Assembly (NCBI RefSeq): GCF_001194135.2
Contig: NC_068998.1
Coordinates: forward strand, 44,333,499-44,397,262
Length of the DNA stretch: 63,764 nucleotides
Origin: Octopus bimaculoides
Taxonomy: Eukaryota
Direction: 5' to 3'
A program made the translations under genes and the position numbers. This document shows positions 12,013 through 25,282 of the stretch, piece by piece. The notes beneath the pieces were generated by a model. That model saw nothing but the letters and a program-made list of their open reading frames with translations. It did no database searches and was not told where the DNA came from. How positions within the stretch are numbered: the stretch's first letter is position 1; the number at the start of each line of letters is the position of its first letter.

Positions 12013-12228
12013 CTTAATCCTCTTGATACCAACCCGCCTGAAACCACATCTGGCTCTGGGGTACAAGTGTCTCGTTTTCAAAAGTCCTCAATTAAAGTCT
12101 TCCACCAAACCTTAGTCACAATTTATGTTCCTAAACATAAGTTATTTTACTAAACTCTTCATTATATTTAAAATTAATTAAAAGAAACACAGAGTATCTC
12201 ACCAGAAATATGTTAACAAAAGGGTTAA
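12013..12228 (+). mobile_element. piggyBac-type MITE (family M1)
   Basis: Ends TTAATCCTCTTG...CAAAAGGGTTAA: TTAA target duplication and (CCC)TTT/AAAGGG-like termini. Confidence 0.7.
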
Positions 12229-12237
12229 ACTGACATC

Positions 12238-12337
12238 CTAGGGTAGGTGTGAGATGCCAGATCTGGCTACTTTTATGATACAAAGCATATAGAATATTTG
12301 TCCTGGATGTGGTTGGTTTATAAGCTAGGAGGTTAAT
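12238..12337 (-). mobile_element. piggyBac-type MITE (family M2), 5' half
   Basis: Reverse complement aligns to the first ~100 bp of 29187-29414. Confidence 0.6.
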
Positions 12338-13632
12338 TTTACAAACTCATTGCTGTATAGTTTATAATAAATTACTGTTTTGATCTTAAAGTTTAAACTT
12401 CATCTTTAAGAGACTTTATTGCAGGTGAGGGTTCACTGTTCTTGATCTTGCATTTGACTGGATACTAAAATGTAAATGTAGTATATTTTATGATTTAAAT
12501 AAAAGATTAACATTTATTAGTATGTATACAATTAAATGCTTATCTAACTTTAGGAGTGGATTCTGTCTTTCAGTCCTTAATGGTAACATTGACCTGTATA
12601 ACTGACTTTTCTTGGTGTTTTTGTCATTAATTTTATTTGTATATCTATTGATTTTCTTATTTCCATTTTTCATCATTATTATTATCATTTTTTTTTTTTT
12701 TTAGGTAAGTTCACAGCACGAAATTTTCAAAATGTCTCACTTGAAGCCAAACTAAGTTATATGACAAAAAAATTCAAAAGATAAAAAGGACCTGGTTTAG
12801 GTAGGTTGAATTTAAATGTACATTTTAATGAAAATGAACAAAAAAAAATAGGAGGTAAAATTTATGTCTTTGAGTATAATGTTTTTTTTAGGAGCATAAC
12901 AAGCAGATATTTAAACATGATGAAATTCAAATCTACAGACAAATACTTTGATCACTCAATCAATAAATGAATCAATGATTCATTTATTCAATCAAGATTT
13001 ATTTATCTCATGCAAGTGTGATAGACAGTCAACTGCTTAAGTTTTTCATTTTTTATGAAGTGATTTAGTTTCTAGTGACAGAGTCAGAGGATTAAGTGAA
13101 AATGCTATGACCTTTTGAAGGGCCTCTGACAGTGATGGTCGTGTTGAAGGGATGATGGAACAACTCAGTAGATTTACTGCCTAAACTGATAGGATTTTAC
13201 ACATTTTTTTTACCAATCCAGTTCCACACCAAAGCCTTGATTCAGCCCAACAATACAAGTAAAGACACTTGCTGAAGGTGCTGTAGATAGTGAGATTGAA
13301 TCCAAAATTGCATGACTGTAGAGCAAACATCCTAACCAAACGACTTTGCCATTGTCCATATATAGCCATCAATAATTGTTTATATCAATTATCTTTAGGG
13401 CAGTGTGTTTCTAATCTATACCCATCAAATTATGATAGTTCAAATGAGTATAGAGATCAATAAAACACTCATCATATGTGGAATTACTGCAACACATTTG
13501 ATGCTGAGTAGCTGGATAGAATTTTGAAAGAGTTATCTATTCTGTTCATGTGTTCTACAATATGCAGGTGGTTTGATACACTATAAAATATATTTCAGTA
13601 GGGCAACAAACCACTGGCTTAGTTTTTGCACA

Positions 13633-13667
<35 letters not shown>

Positions 13668-14458
13668 ATTCACAAAGTTGATATGAAGTAGGTGGCCAGT
13701 CAAAAGTTACCCTAAGTTAAAAAGAGAAAGAACATACATACATGCATGCAAGTATATATATGGCTGATTGTATACAAATTAACATATATATGTCAGTGTA
13801 TGTAAAAATAAGTACATATGTATATCTAAGAGCACATATATATATATATATATGTATGTAATGAGTGTACGTGTGTATGTACGTATGCCTGTATGTGTGT
13901 GTGTGTAGCTTTATACCTATCCTTAAATATTCATGTTCATGATTTACACAAATGTAACTTGGAATTCATGCATGAGCCTACACAATTACACACAAACACA
14001 CACACACACGTTTAAGTGATAAAAAGTAACAGTTGAAAAATTACTTTGAAAATCTCACTGGTCGCTTTTATTTCTTGCCTTTATGTTTGGGGTTACAATA
14101 TCTCATACCTCTAGTTGGTCTTTATTTTTAAAAAATCTACCTCAAACAGAGTGAATGTGGGATTTTAGTCAATATTCTAGATTATATGTATTAAAATGAC
14201 AAAAATTTTCCTTTTTTAAATGGTACTTATGTTAGTCATTTTATTGCATCTTATGTCATTTAACTTTTTGCTTTAATCTCCTTTTTAAACTAAAGTTTAA
14301 AAAAATCTGAATTTCTATTTTTTTTTCTATTTCTTTTTGTATCAATATTTTTGATACTAAATCATGGATCTGGAAAAATTATTTTTTCAAGATATGATTC
14401 TAAGATATATATATATGTATGTATGTATGTACATGCATGCCTGGTTATATATATATAT

Positions 14459-14492
<34 letters not shown>

Positions 14493-14590
14493 NNNNNNNN
14501 NNNNNNNNNNNNNNNNNNNNNNNNNNNNNNNNNNNNNNNNNNNNNNNNNNNNNNNNNNNNNNNNNNNNNNNNNNNNNNNNNNNNNNNNNN

Positions 14591-14637
<47 letters not shown>

Positions 14638-14639
14638 CT

Positions 14640-14671
<32 letters not shown>

Positions 14672-14970
14672 GCAGTGAAATGCTTTGTCTTTTTGTAAAG
14701 AACTAATTTTTGGAACATAAGATAAAAATATATTTATAAAAATCTGATACTGAAGCAATCTTTGAAAATACGATCATCATAATATATCTCTATTTCCAAG
14801 ATTTATTCTTTTTACATTTTATATTCTTTAATATTTTCCAGAATCGTTTTCATATTTTACATTGTAACATTTATATTTTAGTTATGTTCTTTGATTTTAT
14901 GAACCTCACACACACTCAAACACACACACACACATTTTATTCTTCTTCATAATCCAGTGAGAGGCAGTAC

Positions 14971-15056
14971 CTATGATTTCTAAAGCTTTTCCTCCTACAC
15001 TGGTTAAACTGATGCAAAAAGTTTTGGACCATAATAAGTCATTAGTTTTACAATAC
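14971..15056 (-). CDS. candidate internal exon, product unknown
   Basis: TTCTGTTATTCTCAG acceptor, TAG/GTACTG donor, one open frame YCKTNDLLWSKTFCISLTSVGGKALEII. Confidence 0.22.
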
Positions 15057-15206
15057 CTGAGAATAACAGAACTTGGAACTAGGAAGAAGATTTGAGTTCT
15101 ATCAGATTATCAGATTACAAAGAGAAAAACTGCAGTATATCACTAATAAAGATAGTTTTAATATCAGTAAAGGTAGAATTTCTAAGAATGGTATCTTGTG
15201 GTCTAA

Positions 15207-15300
15207 ATCAGTGGTTCTCAGCAGTTTTTTGCCAATGGACACCATTTAATTATTGGACCCCCACCCATAGCCATTCAATGTTTAATAAATTGTTTTATAG
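15207..15300 (+). mobile_element. possible hAT/Charlie-type left end
   Basis: GTCTAAAT followed by CAGTGGTTCTCA, resembling Charlie TIR and target; no right TIR found. Confidence 0.3.
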
Positions 15301-15924
15301 ATATTCTTTCCAAAATTCCTATTTTGCTTTTTTCACATTTATTTGTGTAAGTTTGCAATAGCACTCTCTGTGACATGTTTCATTGTCCAGAAACATTTTG
15401 AACTGAGAAATTTATTCTGAGAAGGTACTGCTGGCCTTGAAAAGTTAAAGCAAAGACACGCAGTTCTATAAACTTGGTTCCATCAAAGGGCTTCTCCTAG
15501 ACCTTCCTTGGGGAAATGCACACACACACACACACACATATACAGAAATTGTAATGGAATTTGCATTTAATTTCTAGTCTCAGTGATTTCATGCTGGTCG
15601 ATTAGCCTGCAGGCTAACACACCAAGATTTAGCTTCTATCTGAAGCTGGTTGTGTAATGACTTAGAGGCTTAACTGGATCATCACAGATAATGTCTTTCG
15701 ATACTATGGTAGCCCAACACACACAACTATTCTATATCCTACCTCATATAACTGGTTATATGAGTGTGTTTAGCCATGACTCTGTGGTTACAAAGTTTAC
15801 ATTGCTTTAACTTTTTATGAATTTACTTCAAATGATGAAGTCTTTGACAAGTATCTTCATCCACAGCCTGGGGTTCACCAAAACCTTATGAGCAAAAATA
15901 TGGTTGGCAGAAACTGTAAAGAAG

Positions 15925-16154
15925 GCAGCAAGCTGGCAGAAGCGTTAGCACGCCGGGCGAAATGCTTAGCGGTATTTCGTCTGGCATTACGTTCTGAGTT
16001 CAAATTCCGCCGAGGTCGACTTTGCCTTTCATCCTTTTGGGGTCGATAAATTAAATACCACTTACACACTCAAGTCGATGTAATTGACTTAATCCCTTTG
16101 TCTGTCCTTATTTGTCCCCTCTATGTTTAGCCCCTTGTGGGCAATAAAGAAATA
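15925..16154 (+). mobile_element. young full-length SINE family D
   Basis: Perfect 16-bp TSD AGAAACTGTAAAGAAG (15909-15924 and 16155-16170); CpGs retained. Confidence 0.9.
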
Positions 16155-16940
16155 AGAAACTGTAAAGAAGCTTTCTGTATACATACATGCATTCACACAC
16201 AAACAAACACACACACACACACAGATACATTACTATTTTCGCTGTTACATCATAATGTTTATTAAAACTATGCTTGTAAATATGTTTACAAATTTAATAT
16301 ATCATCATCATCATCATCATCATCAGTAGCAGCAGCAGCAGCCCGTTTTTATGCCTGCTTTTCATTCTGGTATGGGTTTAGCTTTCACAGAAAATACTTT
16401 GTATCAGTAAATTACCAGTAGAAATGAAAATACCGGTAAATCAGGAAATCCAATGAGAAGAGCAGCCATTTATTACGAAAATATCATACATGAATGCAAT
16501 GAAGAAAGAAAAAAAAAAACATGACAAGAAAAGCAAAAGCCCCTTAGCTATGGCAGAAAACATTTTACACAAAGCATGTTAGTAGTATAGCTGATCATAA
16601 AGCAGGAAATCAGACAAGAAGAACAGTCATTTACAGTGAAAATATTATAGCATACATATATATATAGTTGTAAAACATTGCAAAAGAAAACATAACTAGC
16701 TTTGCAATAGCAGAAAGCATTTTATTCTGATGTTTTGTCTTTATATTCCATTAGCATTTTCTCTGCCTTGCATGTTTTGTATGCATTGATAAACCCTGCC
16801 TTTTCCTGAATTGGTTAACCACCTTCCTGGTCCTACAAACCCTGAGCCCTTTGTTCTCCTGTAGCTAATCTTGAGAAAAACATCCTTCTACTGCTTACAA
16901 CACGTTTGTATTTCCCTTGTTATGGCAATACTTAGTTTCC

Positions 16941-17358
16941 AGGAGTGGCTGTGTGGTAAGTAGCTTGCTTACCAACCACATGGTTCCGGGTTCAGTCCCA
17001 CTGCGTGGCAGCCTGGGCAAGTGTCTTCTACTATAGCTTTCGGCCGACCAAAGCCTTGTGAGTGGATTTGGTAGACAGAAACTGAAAGAAGCACGTCAAA
17101 TATATGTATATATGTATGTATGTGTGTGTGTATATGGTTTGCGTGTCTGTGTTTGTCCCCCCAAAATTGCTTGACAACCGATGCTGGTGTGCTTATGTCC
17201 CCGTAACGTAGTGGTTCAGCAAAAGAAACCGATAGAATAAGTACTAGGCTTACAAAGAATAAGTCTTGGGGTCGATTTGCTCGACTGAAAAAAAAAGGCA
17301 GTGCTCCAGCATGGCCACAGTCAAATGACTGATACAAGTAAAAGAGAAATAAAAGAGA
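16941..17358 (+). mobile_element. full-length tRNA-derived SINE family A
   Basis: A-box TGGCTGTGTGG, B-box GGTTCAGTCCC, internal (TA/TG)n, (TAAAAGAG)-like tail; many homologous copies in the window. Confidence 0.9.
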
Positions 17359-17809
17359 GTGATTATTGTGCAAACGATGTTAAAATATCAAGGAAGCTGT
17401 CTGTGATATCTAGGTATTTTTTTGAAAGGATACAAGATAAAGACCTTTCCCAAGCCATAGAGACATCAAGGATCTGATATCCTGGTTTCTGTTGCACAGA
17501 TATTTCCCACTGGATGGAATGCCACTCCGTTGCAGGATTACTAACTTTTGCTAGATGAATGGACAGAAACAATGGAAAATGAAGTATTTTGCTCAGAAAG
17601 AAATGACAAGATGGTCACAGCTTAAATGTTTTTCATTTGAGCATCTGTTGAATCAGGGCTGACCTGGGTCTATACAACAACAGTAAGAACATTAATAACT
17701 TATATGTGACATTTCCCTTATAGCCCTAGAAGTTGTTTCAGTGTAGTAATTCATCTTGCTAGAAATAGCAACCAAATCTCCTTCAGATCAAGCCTATGTG
17801 TTTTGCGAA

Positions 17810-18200
17810 GTGGAGGCGCAGTGGCCCAGTGATTAGGGCAGCGGACTCGTGATCATAGGATCGTGGTTTCAATTCCCAGACCGAGCGTTGTGAGTGTTTA
17901 TTGAGCGAAAACACCTAAAGCTCCACGAGGCTCCAGCAGGGGATGGTGGCAAACCCTGCTGTACTCTTTCACCACAACCTTCTCTCACTCTTACTTCCTG
18001 TTTCTGTTGTACCTGTAATTCAAAGCGTCAGCCTTGTCACACTGTGTCACGCTGAATATCCCCGAGAACTACGTTAAAGGTACACGTGTCTGTGGAGTGC
18101 TCAGCCACTTGCACTTTAATTTCACGAGCTGGCTGTTCCGTTGATCGGACCAACTGGAACCCTCGATGTCATAAGCGACAGAGTGCCAACAACAAAAACT
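17810..18200 (+). mobile_element. full-length tRNA-derived SINE family B nested in an older family G element
   Basis: tRNA-like head GTGGAGGCGCAGTGGCCCAGTG; TSD TTTTGC(G/A)AA at 17801-17809 and 18201-18209; flanks join into a sequence homologous to 31880-32090. Confidence 0.85.
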
Positions 18201-19102
18201 TTTTGCAAAATAACACTTGAGATAAAATAATTCTAAACACATAGTGTCTGGAACAAAATAAAAAAGATGAGGTGGTTACAGTTGGATGTCTTTGAGGATA
18301 TGTCTGCTGGATTAGAGCTGACTGACCTGGTGCTTCACTGCAATAACATCAACAAAAAAGAACAATAGATCAAAAGAATTAATGTCCACAATATGTGAAA
18401 TTTGGTTCCATCAGTGTGTAATTTGTGAAATGACGTGCTGCAGAACAAATAATTGTGGGTAATTTTTCCTTGGCATCACAACGGCAGTGTTAAGAAGAAA
18501 CAATCAGGTCTGTGTTACTAATGGTTCCCAGGGGACATATTTCTGTAGATCTAATGTAGAGATTGGTCGCTGAATTTGCGATAATGGTTTGTCTTCAAAC
18601 AACATGTGTAAATGTAGCTGGCCACTAGAGACACATTGGGACTTCGTCGTTGTGGTCATCATCGTCATCATCATTATCATCATCATCACCACCACCAATA
18701 TCATCCCTGTAATGATCATCAATATCATCAATTATATTCATCATCATGACAGCAACCAGCCTATATAAAGTTTGTGATGATGATGATGATGATGAGGAGG
18801 AGGAGGAGGATCCTGATCATTGTCATTCTCCTCCCCAACATTCTCATCATCGTCATCATCATTCCTGTCGTGTTATCATCACCATCATTCTAATCATTGT
18901 CTTCGTTTTTACAACTGCCCTTATCCTATATACAATCATTACTGCTACCATTCTTGTTATGGTCATCATTAATTTCATATTCACCTCTACCTAACACTAC
19001 TCTTCATAATCTGTAGCCATGTACCTATGTTAGAAATTATCATTAATTTTGATATTAGTATCACTATTATTATTATTATTGTTATTTATTATTATTATTA
19101 TG

Positions 19103-19135
<33 letters not shown>

Positions 19136-19136
19136 T

Positions 19137-19555
19137 AATGGTGGCGAGCTGCCAGAATCGTTAGCACACTGGGCAAAATGCTTAGCGGTATTTTACCCGT
19201 TTTTACATTCTGAGTTCAAATTCCGCTGTGATCAATTTTACCTTTCATCCTTTTAGGGTCGATAAAATAAGTACCAGTTGATTACTGGGTTCCATGTCAT
19301 TGACTTTTCCCCTCTCCCCAAATTACTGGTCTGGTACCAAAATTTGAAACCATTATTATTATTATTATTATTATTATTAATAAGGTGGAGAGCTAGCAGA
19401 ATTAGCATGCTAGGCAAAATGTGCTGGAGTATTTCGTTTGTCTCATGTTCTGAGTTCAATTTCCACTGAGGTCAACTTTGCCATTTAGCCTTTCAGATTT
19501 GATGAACTAAATACCAGTTGAGCACTGGGGACTGATGTTATAGACTAACCTACTT
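19137..19555 (+). mobile_element. two tandem SINE family D copies
   Basis: Heads at ~19140 and ~19385, each preceded by (TAT)n. Confidence 0.8.
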
Positions 19556-19569
19556 CCCCACATCTTTCG

Positions 19570-19890
19570 TCATCATCTGGTCAGGTGACTTTCCTCGACC
19601 AATAAGTCATACTAACCTTTCCGTAACTGAATGTCTCATCTGCACATACCATAACTACAAATGATTGCCATTGACAGTTTTTTGTCTGGCCATCTGCTCA
19701 GCATCTAACGATATTCACCATTGACTCAAAAAGTTCATCAGCTGAAATAGTTCACATCCACCATGCTGCATCCCATGATTTCAGCATAACCCTGACTTAG
19801 GTGATTACCAACTTCTAGGCCTTGCCAAGGGTCCAGCCATGGTTTGTTCCAGGGTTGTTTATTCCCTTATTCACAGCTGACCTCTTCTTG
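19570..19890 (+). pseudogene. possible decayed L2/CR1-type reverse transcriptase fragment
   Basis: Frameshifted traces resembling DFS, QGS and F-T-A-D-L motifs in the expected order. Confidence 0.3.
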
Positions 19891-20952
19891 TTAGTCTCAT
19901 TTAAAGGGCAATGGCCCATGGCAGGCTTTTTTCAGTTTTCATCTACCAAATCTACTCACAAAACTTCTGTTGGCCCACGGCTATAATAAAAGACACTTAC
20001 CCAAGGAGCCATGCAGTGGAACTGAAGTCAGAACCATGTGGCAAGGAAGAAATCTCTTACTACACAGTAGCATCATCATTATCATCTTCATCCTTTAATG
20101 TGTTTTCCATGCTGGCATGGGTTGGATACCAAAATAAAAGACTGAATGATCATAGTTGCAACAGCTTTAGCAACAGGTCCAGATTAGAAATGGCCCATGG
20201 TTAAAAAGCAACTACAATACCTCAGACATTAAGTACATCATTACAAAATCACTTCTGTTAATTCTGACAAATTAGTAAAAGAATTTATTGCAAATCATGA
20301 AACTGAGATTACGTTTTGGCTATGATACTCTCCAGAAATGACCACCATCTCTCCACTTAAAAATTTATGGTAGCTCCAATCTGAACTCAAGAAATTGTAT
20401 AACCAGCAAAAGTATTTATTTTATTTGTGGCTGTTCAGGAATAATGGTACAAATTAGAGTTAGGATTTATTGAGAAAGCTGCTAGCAGTATGATTAAGAG
20501 GATTAGAGAGAGAAAAATACAAATCTACAAGAAAATCATGCCACAGGCATCGATTATTTCAGTTTGGTTAGGCATAAACTTAAATTCTATTATGGTTTCT
20601 TTTTTAATCTGAAAACAATGAATGATATTTAATTTCACTAAAATTCAACGTTTGTTTGCAAAAAGAAAAATAATGATAATTAATGAAGAAATATTTGTAA
20701 GTGTTCCATATTCTATGGATCAGCAATGTATTTGTATGTATATATGTATGTATGTGTGTGTGTGTGTATGTGGTGCATAAAAGTACATTGGATTTACAAA
20801 CTGGAGAATAATAGGATTCAATAAACCATTAAGTGCTTGCACACACATAAACACATATGCATATAATTTATTTTTTTTTATATATTTGCCTCAAGGCAAA
20901 TAAGTGCAGACAGGCAAAACAGAACTCGAAATGTGAATATTCACTTAATCTT

Positions 20953-21162
20953 TTTCTTGTTTCAGTCAATTGACTGCAGCCATGCTGGAGCACCGCTTTA
21001 AAGGGTTTTAGTGAAAGAAATCGACCTCAGGACTTATTCTTTGTAAGCCTAGTACTTACTCTATCAGTATCTTTTGGCAAACTGCTAGATTTCAGGGACA
21101 TAAACACACCAACATCGGTTGTCAAGCGATGACAGGGGGCAGACACAGACACACCCACATGC

Positions 21163-21221
<59 letters not shown>

Positions 21222-21375
21222 CATACATATATAAACAGGCTTCTTTCAGTTTCCATCTACCAAATCCACTCACAAGGCTCCGGTCGGCCTGAGGCTATAG
21301 TAGAAGATACTTGACCAGGGTGCCATGCAGTGGGACTGAACCTGGAACTATGTGGTTGGGAAGCATGGCTCTTGA
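20953..21375 (-). mobile_element. full-length SINE family A
   Basis: Reverse complement of 16941-17358. Confidence 0.88.
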
Positions 21376-22896
21376 CTCACCCTGTTGCTTCTGCTAAATA
21401 TTAATAAAATCAATATATGCCTCTACATATATTTATTTGTAAGCAAACTTTAACTTTGTTGAAATATGTTTTAGACATAATTCAACGTCTAAAGGCAAAT
21501 TCACAGCAGTTACTGTGGAGAAAACATTTTCTCTTATGGTCCAGTGCTGCCCTCTGTTGGATTCCCAGGTGCATTTCTAGTTTTAAACTACTTTGAAGTT
21601 GCCTTGGGGTCTCAAGTGTCATGTTTTTCTTCAGTTCAAGTGCACTTTCCCATGCAAGCATGGGTTTCACAGATTGTCACAATCCAACTCCTTTCTTGCT
21701 GAGAGCAACTGTTCTCACTGACTGGTGAATATACACATCATTTTGGTTGATTTCTACAGCTCGATACACTTCCAATTGCTGACCTCTTTACAGTGTGTTT
21801 TGAGTGCATTTTCTCATGGCACCTATACCAGAGAAGTTGACAGGTCCTCAGTAATGCAAGATTAAAAGAACCTCACATTTCTACATTTTCTCCACTCATT
21901 TACAATCCACTTTATAGTGTGCAGTGGGTATATTTTTCATGGTAACAGCCCTAAGGAAGTTGTCAAATCTTTGGTGAGATTGAAAATATTCTCATTACTA
22001 CTTTCAAAAAGATTTATACATGAAACTCAAGGCCCTGAGTAATTTCTAAATCAACTTTAGAGCTAAAATATAAGTATTTGTGCTTCTGTGCATATNNNNN
22101 NNNNNNNNNNNNNNNNNNNNNNNNNNNNNNNNNNNNNNNNNNNNNNNNNNNNNNNNNNNNNNNNNNNNNNNNNNNNNNNNNNNNNNNNNNNNNNNNNNNN
22201 NNNNNNNNNNNNNNNNNNNNNNNNNNNNNNNNNNNNNNNNNNNNNNNNNNNNNNNNNNNNNNNNNNNNNNNNNNNNNNNNNNNNNNNNNNNNNNNNNNNN
22301 NNNNNNNNNNNNNNNNNNNNNNNNNNNNNNNNNNNNNNNNNNNNNNNNNNNNNNNNNNNNNNNNNNNNNNNNNNNNNNNNNNNNNNNNNNNNNNNNNNNN
22401 NNNNNNNNNNNNNNNNNNNNNNNNNNNNNNNNNNNNNNNNNNNNNNNNNNNNNNNNNNNNNNNNNNNNNNNNNNNNNNNNNNNNNNNNNNNNNNNNNNNN
22501 NNNNNNNNNNNNNNNNNNNNNNNNNNNNNNNNNNNNNNNNNNNNNNNNNNNNNNNNNNNNNNNNNNNNNNNNNNNNNNNNNNNNNNNNNNNNNNNNNNNN
22601 NNNNNNNNNNNNNNNNNNNNNNNNNNNNNNNNNNNNNNNNNNNNNNNNNNNNNNNNNNNNNNNNNNNNNNNNNNNNNNNNNNNNNNNNNNNNTATATATA
22701 TATATATATCTACAATCATATATACATATGTATGTGTGTGTGTGTATATGTATATATATGGATATATACATGTATATATATTGATATATTCATGTATAAT
22801 ATATGTATATATGTGTGTGTGTGTGTGTGTAAATATATATAAGCTTATAACACAGATTGAAGAATAGAACACAATACATCGTAATGCTCTTCATTC

Positions 22897-23071
22897 AAGA
22901 CACATGTTCCAAGGTAGCCAAATATAAATAGATCTATTACTTGTAGCTTCCAGACAGAGTTTATCAATAATTAACAGATACATATATCTGTTAGTTATTG
23001 GTAATATTTGTCTGGAAGCTACAGATCATAGATCTATTTGTATCTAGCTACCTTGTTTTAAGATGTGTCTT
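22897..23071. repeat. imperfect foldback palindrome (probable MITE)
   Basis: ~85-bp arms AAGACACAT...AACAGATA / TATCTGTT...ATGTGTCTT around a loop of a few nt. Confidence 0.8.
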
Positions 23072-23397
23072 ATATACATAAGTGGTATAAAGGTATGCGT
23101 ATGTGTGTTGTGTAATATTCCAGTGTATGGTGAGATATAATTCATTGTGTGTTGTATGTGTTGTATTCTGTAAAGCATTGTATAATGTGTCACTATAATG
23201 ACAATGGAATCAAGTTCGTGTTTACAAGAGTCTTCATGGTTTTATATTCAAGTCCTACGTTTTCCAGACTATTCAAGCAATAATCATTGTTTCCACACTT
23301 AATACTGTTACTTGATTTAACTTCATACATGTCAGTCTCTGTCTGTTTGTCTGTCTGTCTCTCTATCTTTCTATCTATCTTTCTATCTCTCTATCTC

Positions 23398-23428
<31 letters not shown>

Positions 23429-23613
23429 CTCTCTCTCTATATATATATATATAATTGAAGTCTCTGTCTCTTTTGAATATGAAAATTTAAAAGTTTAAAA
23501 ACCTTATAATATATANNNNNNNNNNNNNNNNNNNNNNNNNNNNNNNNNNNNNNNNNNNNNNNNNNNNNNNNNNNNNNNNNNNNNNNNTATATATATATAT
23601 ATATGTATATATA

Positions 23614-23776
23614 CAAGGGTTGGACAAAATAATGGAATTAGCAGTGATTTTAGCAAAACATATTAAGCAACACTAATAATAAATCAAAAAACATAAAAAT
23701 AAACAAGCTTTTGATGGTTTTATAGATATTTCAAAATTGTGATGCGAGGTGTTTCCACTATTTTGTCCAACTTCTG
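23614..23776. mobile_element. Tc1/mariner-type MITE
   Basis: TA-CAAGGGTTGGACAAAATAATGGA...TCCACTATTTTGTCCAACTTCTG-TA. Confidence 0.8.
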
Positions 23777-23976
23777 TATATTTTTGCCTGTCTGTCTATC
23801 CCTGTGTCTGTTTATCTAACTGTCTATATATTTCTGTTATCTACCTGCCTGTCAATATGTCTGTGTATCTATCAATCTGTCTATATTTCTGTCTGATGGT
23901 CTGTCTGTGTATTATATCTATCTAGCTGCCTGCCTATCTGTCTATTCAGACATTCTTTCATTCTGTCTATCCATCA

Positions 23977-24165
<189 letters not shown>

Positions 24166-24477
24166 ATAGATAGACTTCTGTTATTGATTATCATTATCTC
24201 ATCATCATTGTATCATCATCATAATCGTCAGATTCATTATTATCATCATCATCATCAGGCTAATACATGCTAATTCAATTAGCAAGAATGTTATCTTGAG
24301 GTTTAGTGCCAAGTCTCCTCAAATCTCAAGAATCTTTCTTAGGATTCTTGCAGAACATAGAATGGTTCTTGACGGCAGATTGACAATGAGAGTCTCAATT
24401 CTAATATCTTATGATGATGATGATAATGATGACAATGATGACCATCATCAATATCATCACCATCATCATCATCATCA

Positions 24478-24510
<33 letters not shown>

Positions 24511-24899
24511 GTAGTAGTAGTAGTAGTAGTATTTGTTATACAATGCTACCCTATGACATATCTACAATGAAGTATTAATTCCTCTCCCAAAGTCTATTTT
24601 CACATTATTTTCCTCACTTTTTTGTCTGTGTAAACCTAAAAATGACATTTGAAGATACTGCGATATGTAACGCAAACCACTCGACAAAATATGCAAATAT
24701 CACAATCTCATTGTTGTGAAAAATTTATAAAAATAGTAATAAATGTTGGTTTTAGATTCCCCCCCCCCCCATTTGATATTAACAAATCAATGCTCGTATT
24801 TAGAAAGCTTTTAACCTTTTAAAATTTAAACCAGCCAAACCTAGTAAGGTACTATCATACATTTATGATGTCCAAAACTAATTTTGTTGACAGACTAAT

Positions 24900-25075
24900 A
24901 TTGGTAGCAGGAAAACATTCACTCAATCACACAGGCAGGTCTGTCAAAAATGCTTGGACGCATTTCGTCTGTCTTTATGTTCTGAGTTCAAATTCCACCT
25001 AGGACTTTCATCCTTTTGTAGTTGATGAAAATAAGTACCAGCCGAGCACTAAGGTAGATGTAATTGACTAGACTC
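24900..25075 (+). mobile_element. SINE family D, diverged
   Basis: GTTCTGAGTTCAAATTCC...TTTCATCCTTTT...AAAATAAGTACCAG core. Confidence 0.7.
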
Positions 25076-25282
25076 CCCACCCCACCCCCCCCGNNNNNNN
25101 NNNNNNNNNNNNNNNNNNNNNNNNNNNNNNNNNNNNNNNNNNNNNNNNNNNNNNNNNNNNNNNNNNNNNNNNNNNNNNNNNNNNNNNNNNNNNNNNNNNN
25201 NNNNNNNNNNNNNNNNNNNNNNNCCCCCCCCGTCTCCTCCACATTTCAAACATTGTGCCTATCATATAAAGGATTACCTTTA

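Noticed and set aside
21482-21800. Minus-strand coding-like tract (RGQQLEVYRAVEINQ...KKGVGL*QSVKPMLAWE)
   Set aside because: Possibly a LINE remnant, but the motifs are too weak to assign.
25077-25231. G-quadruplex-like C runs around a gap
   Set aside because: Mostly hidden by Ns, so it cannot be assessed.
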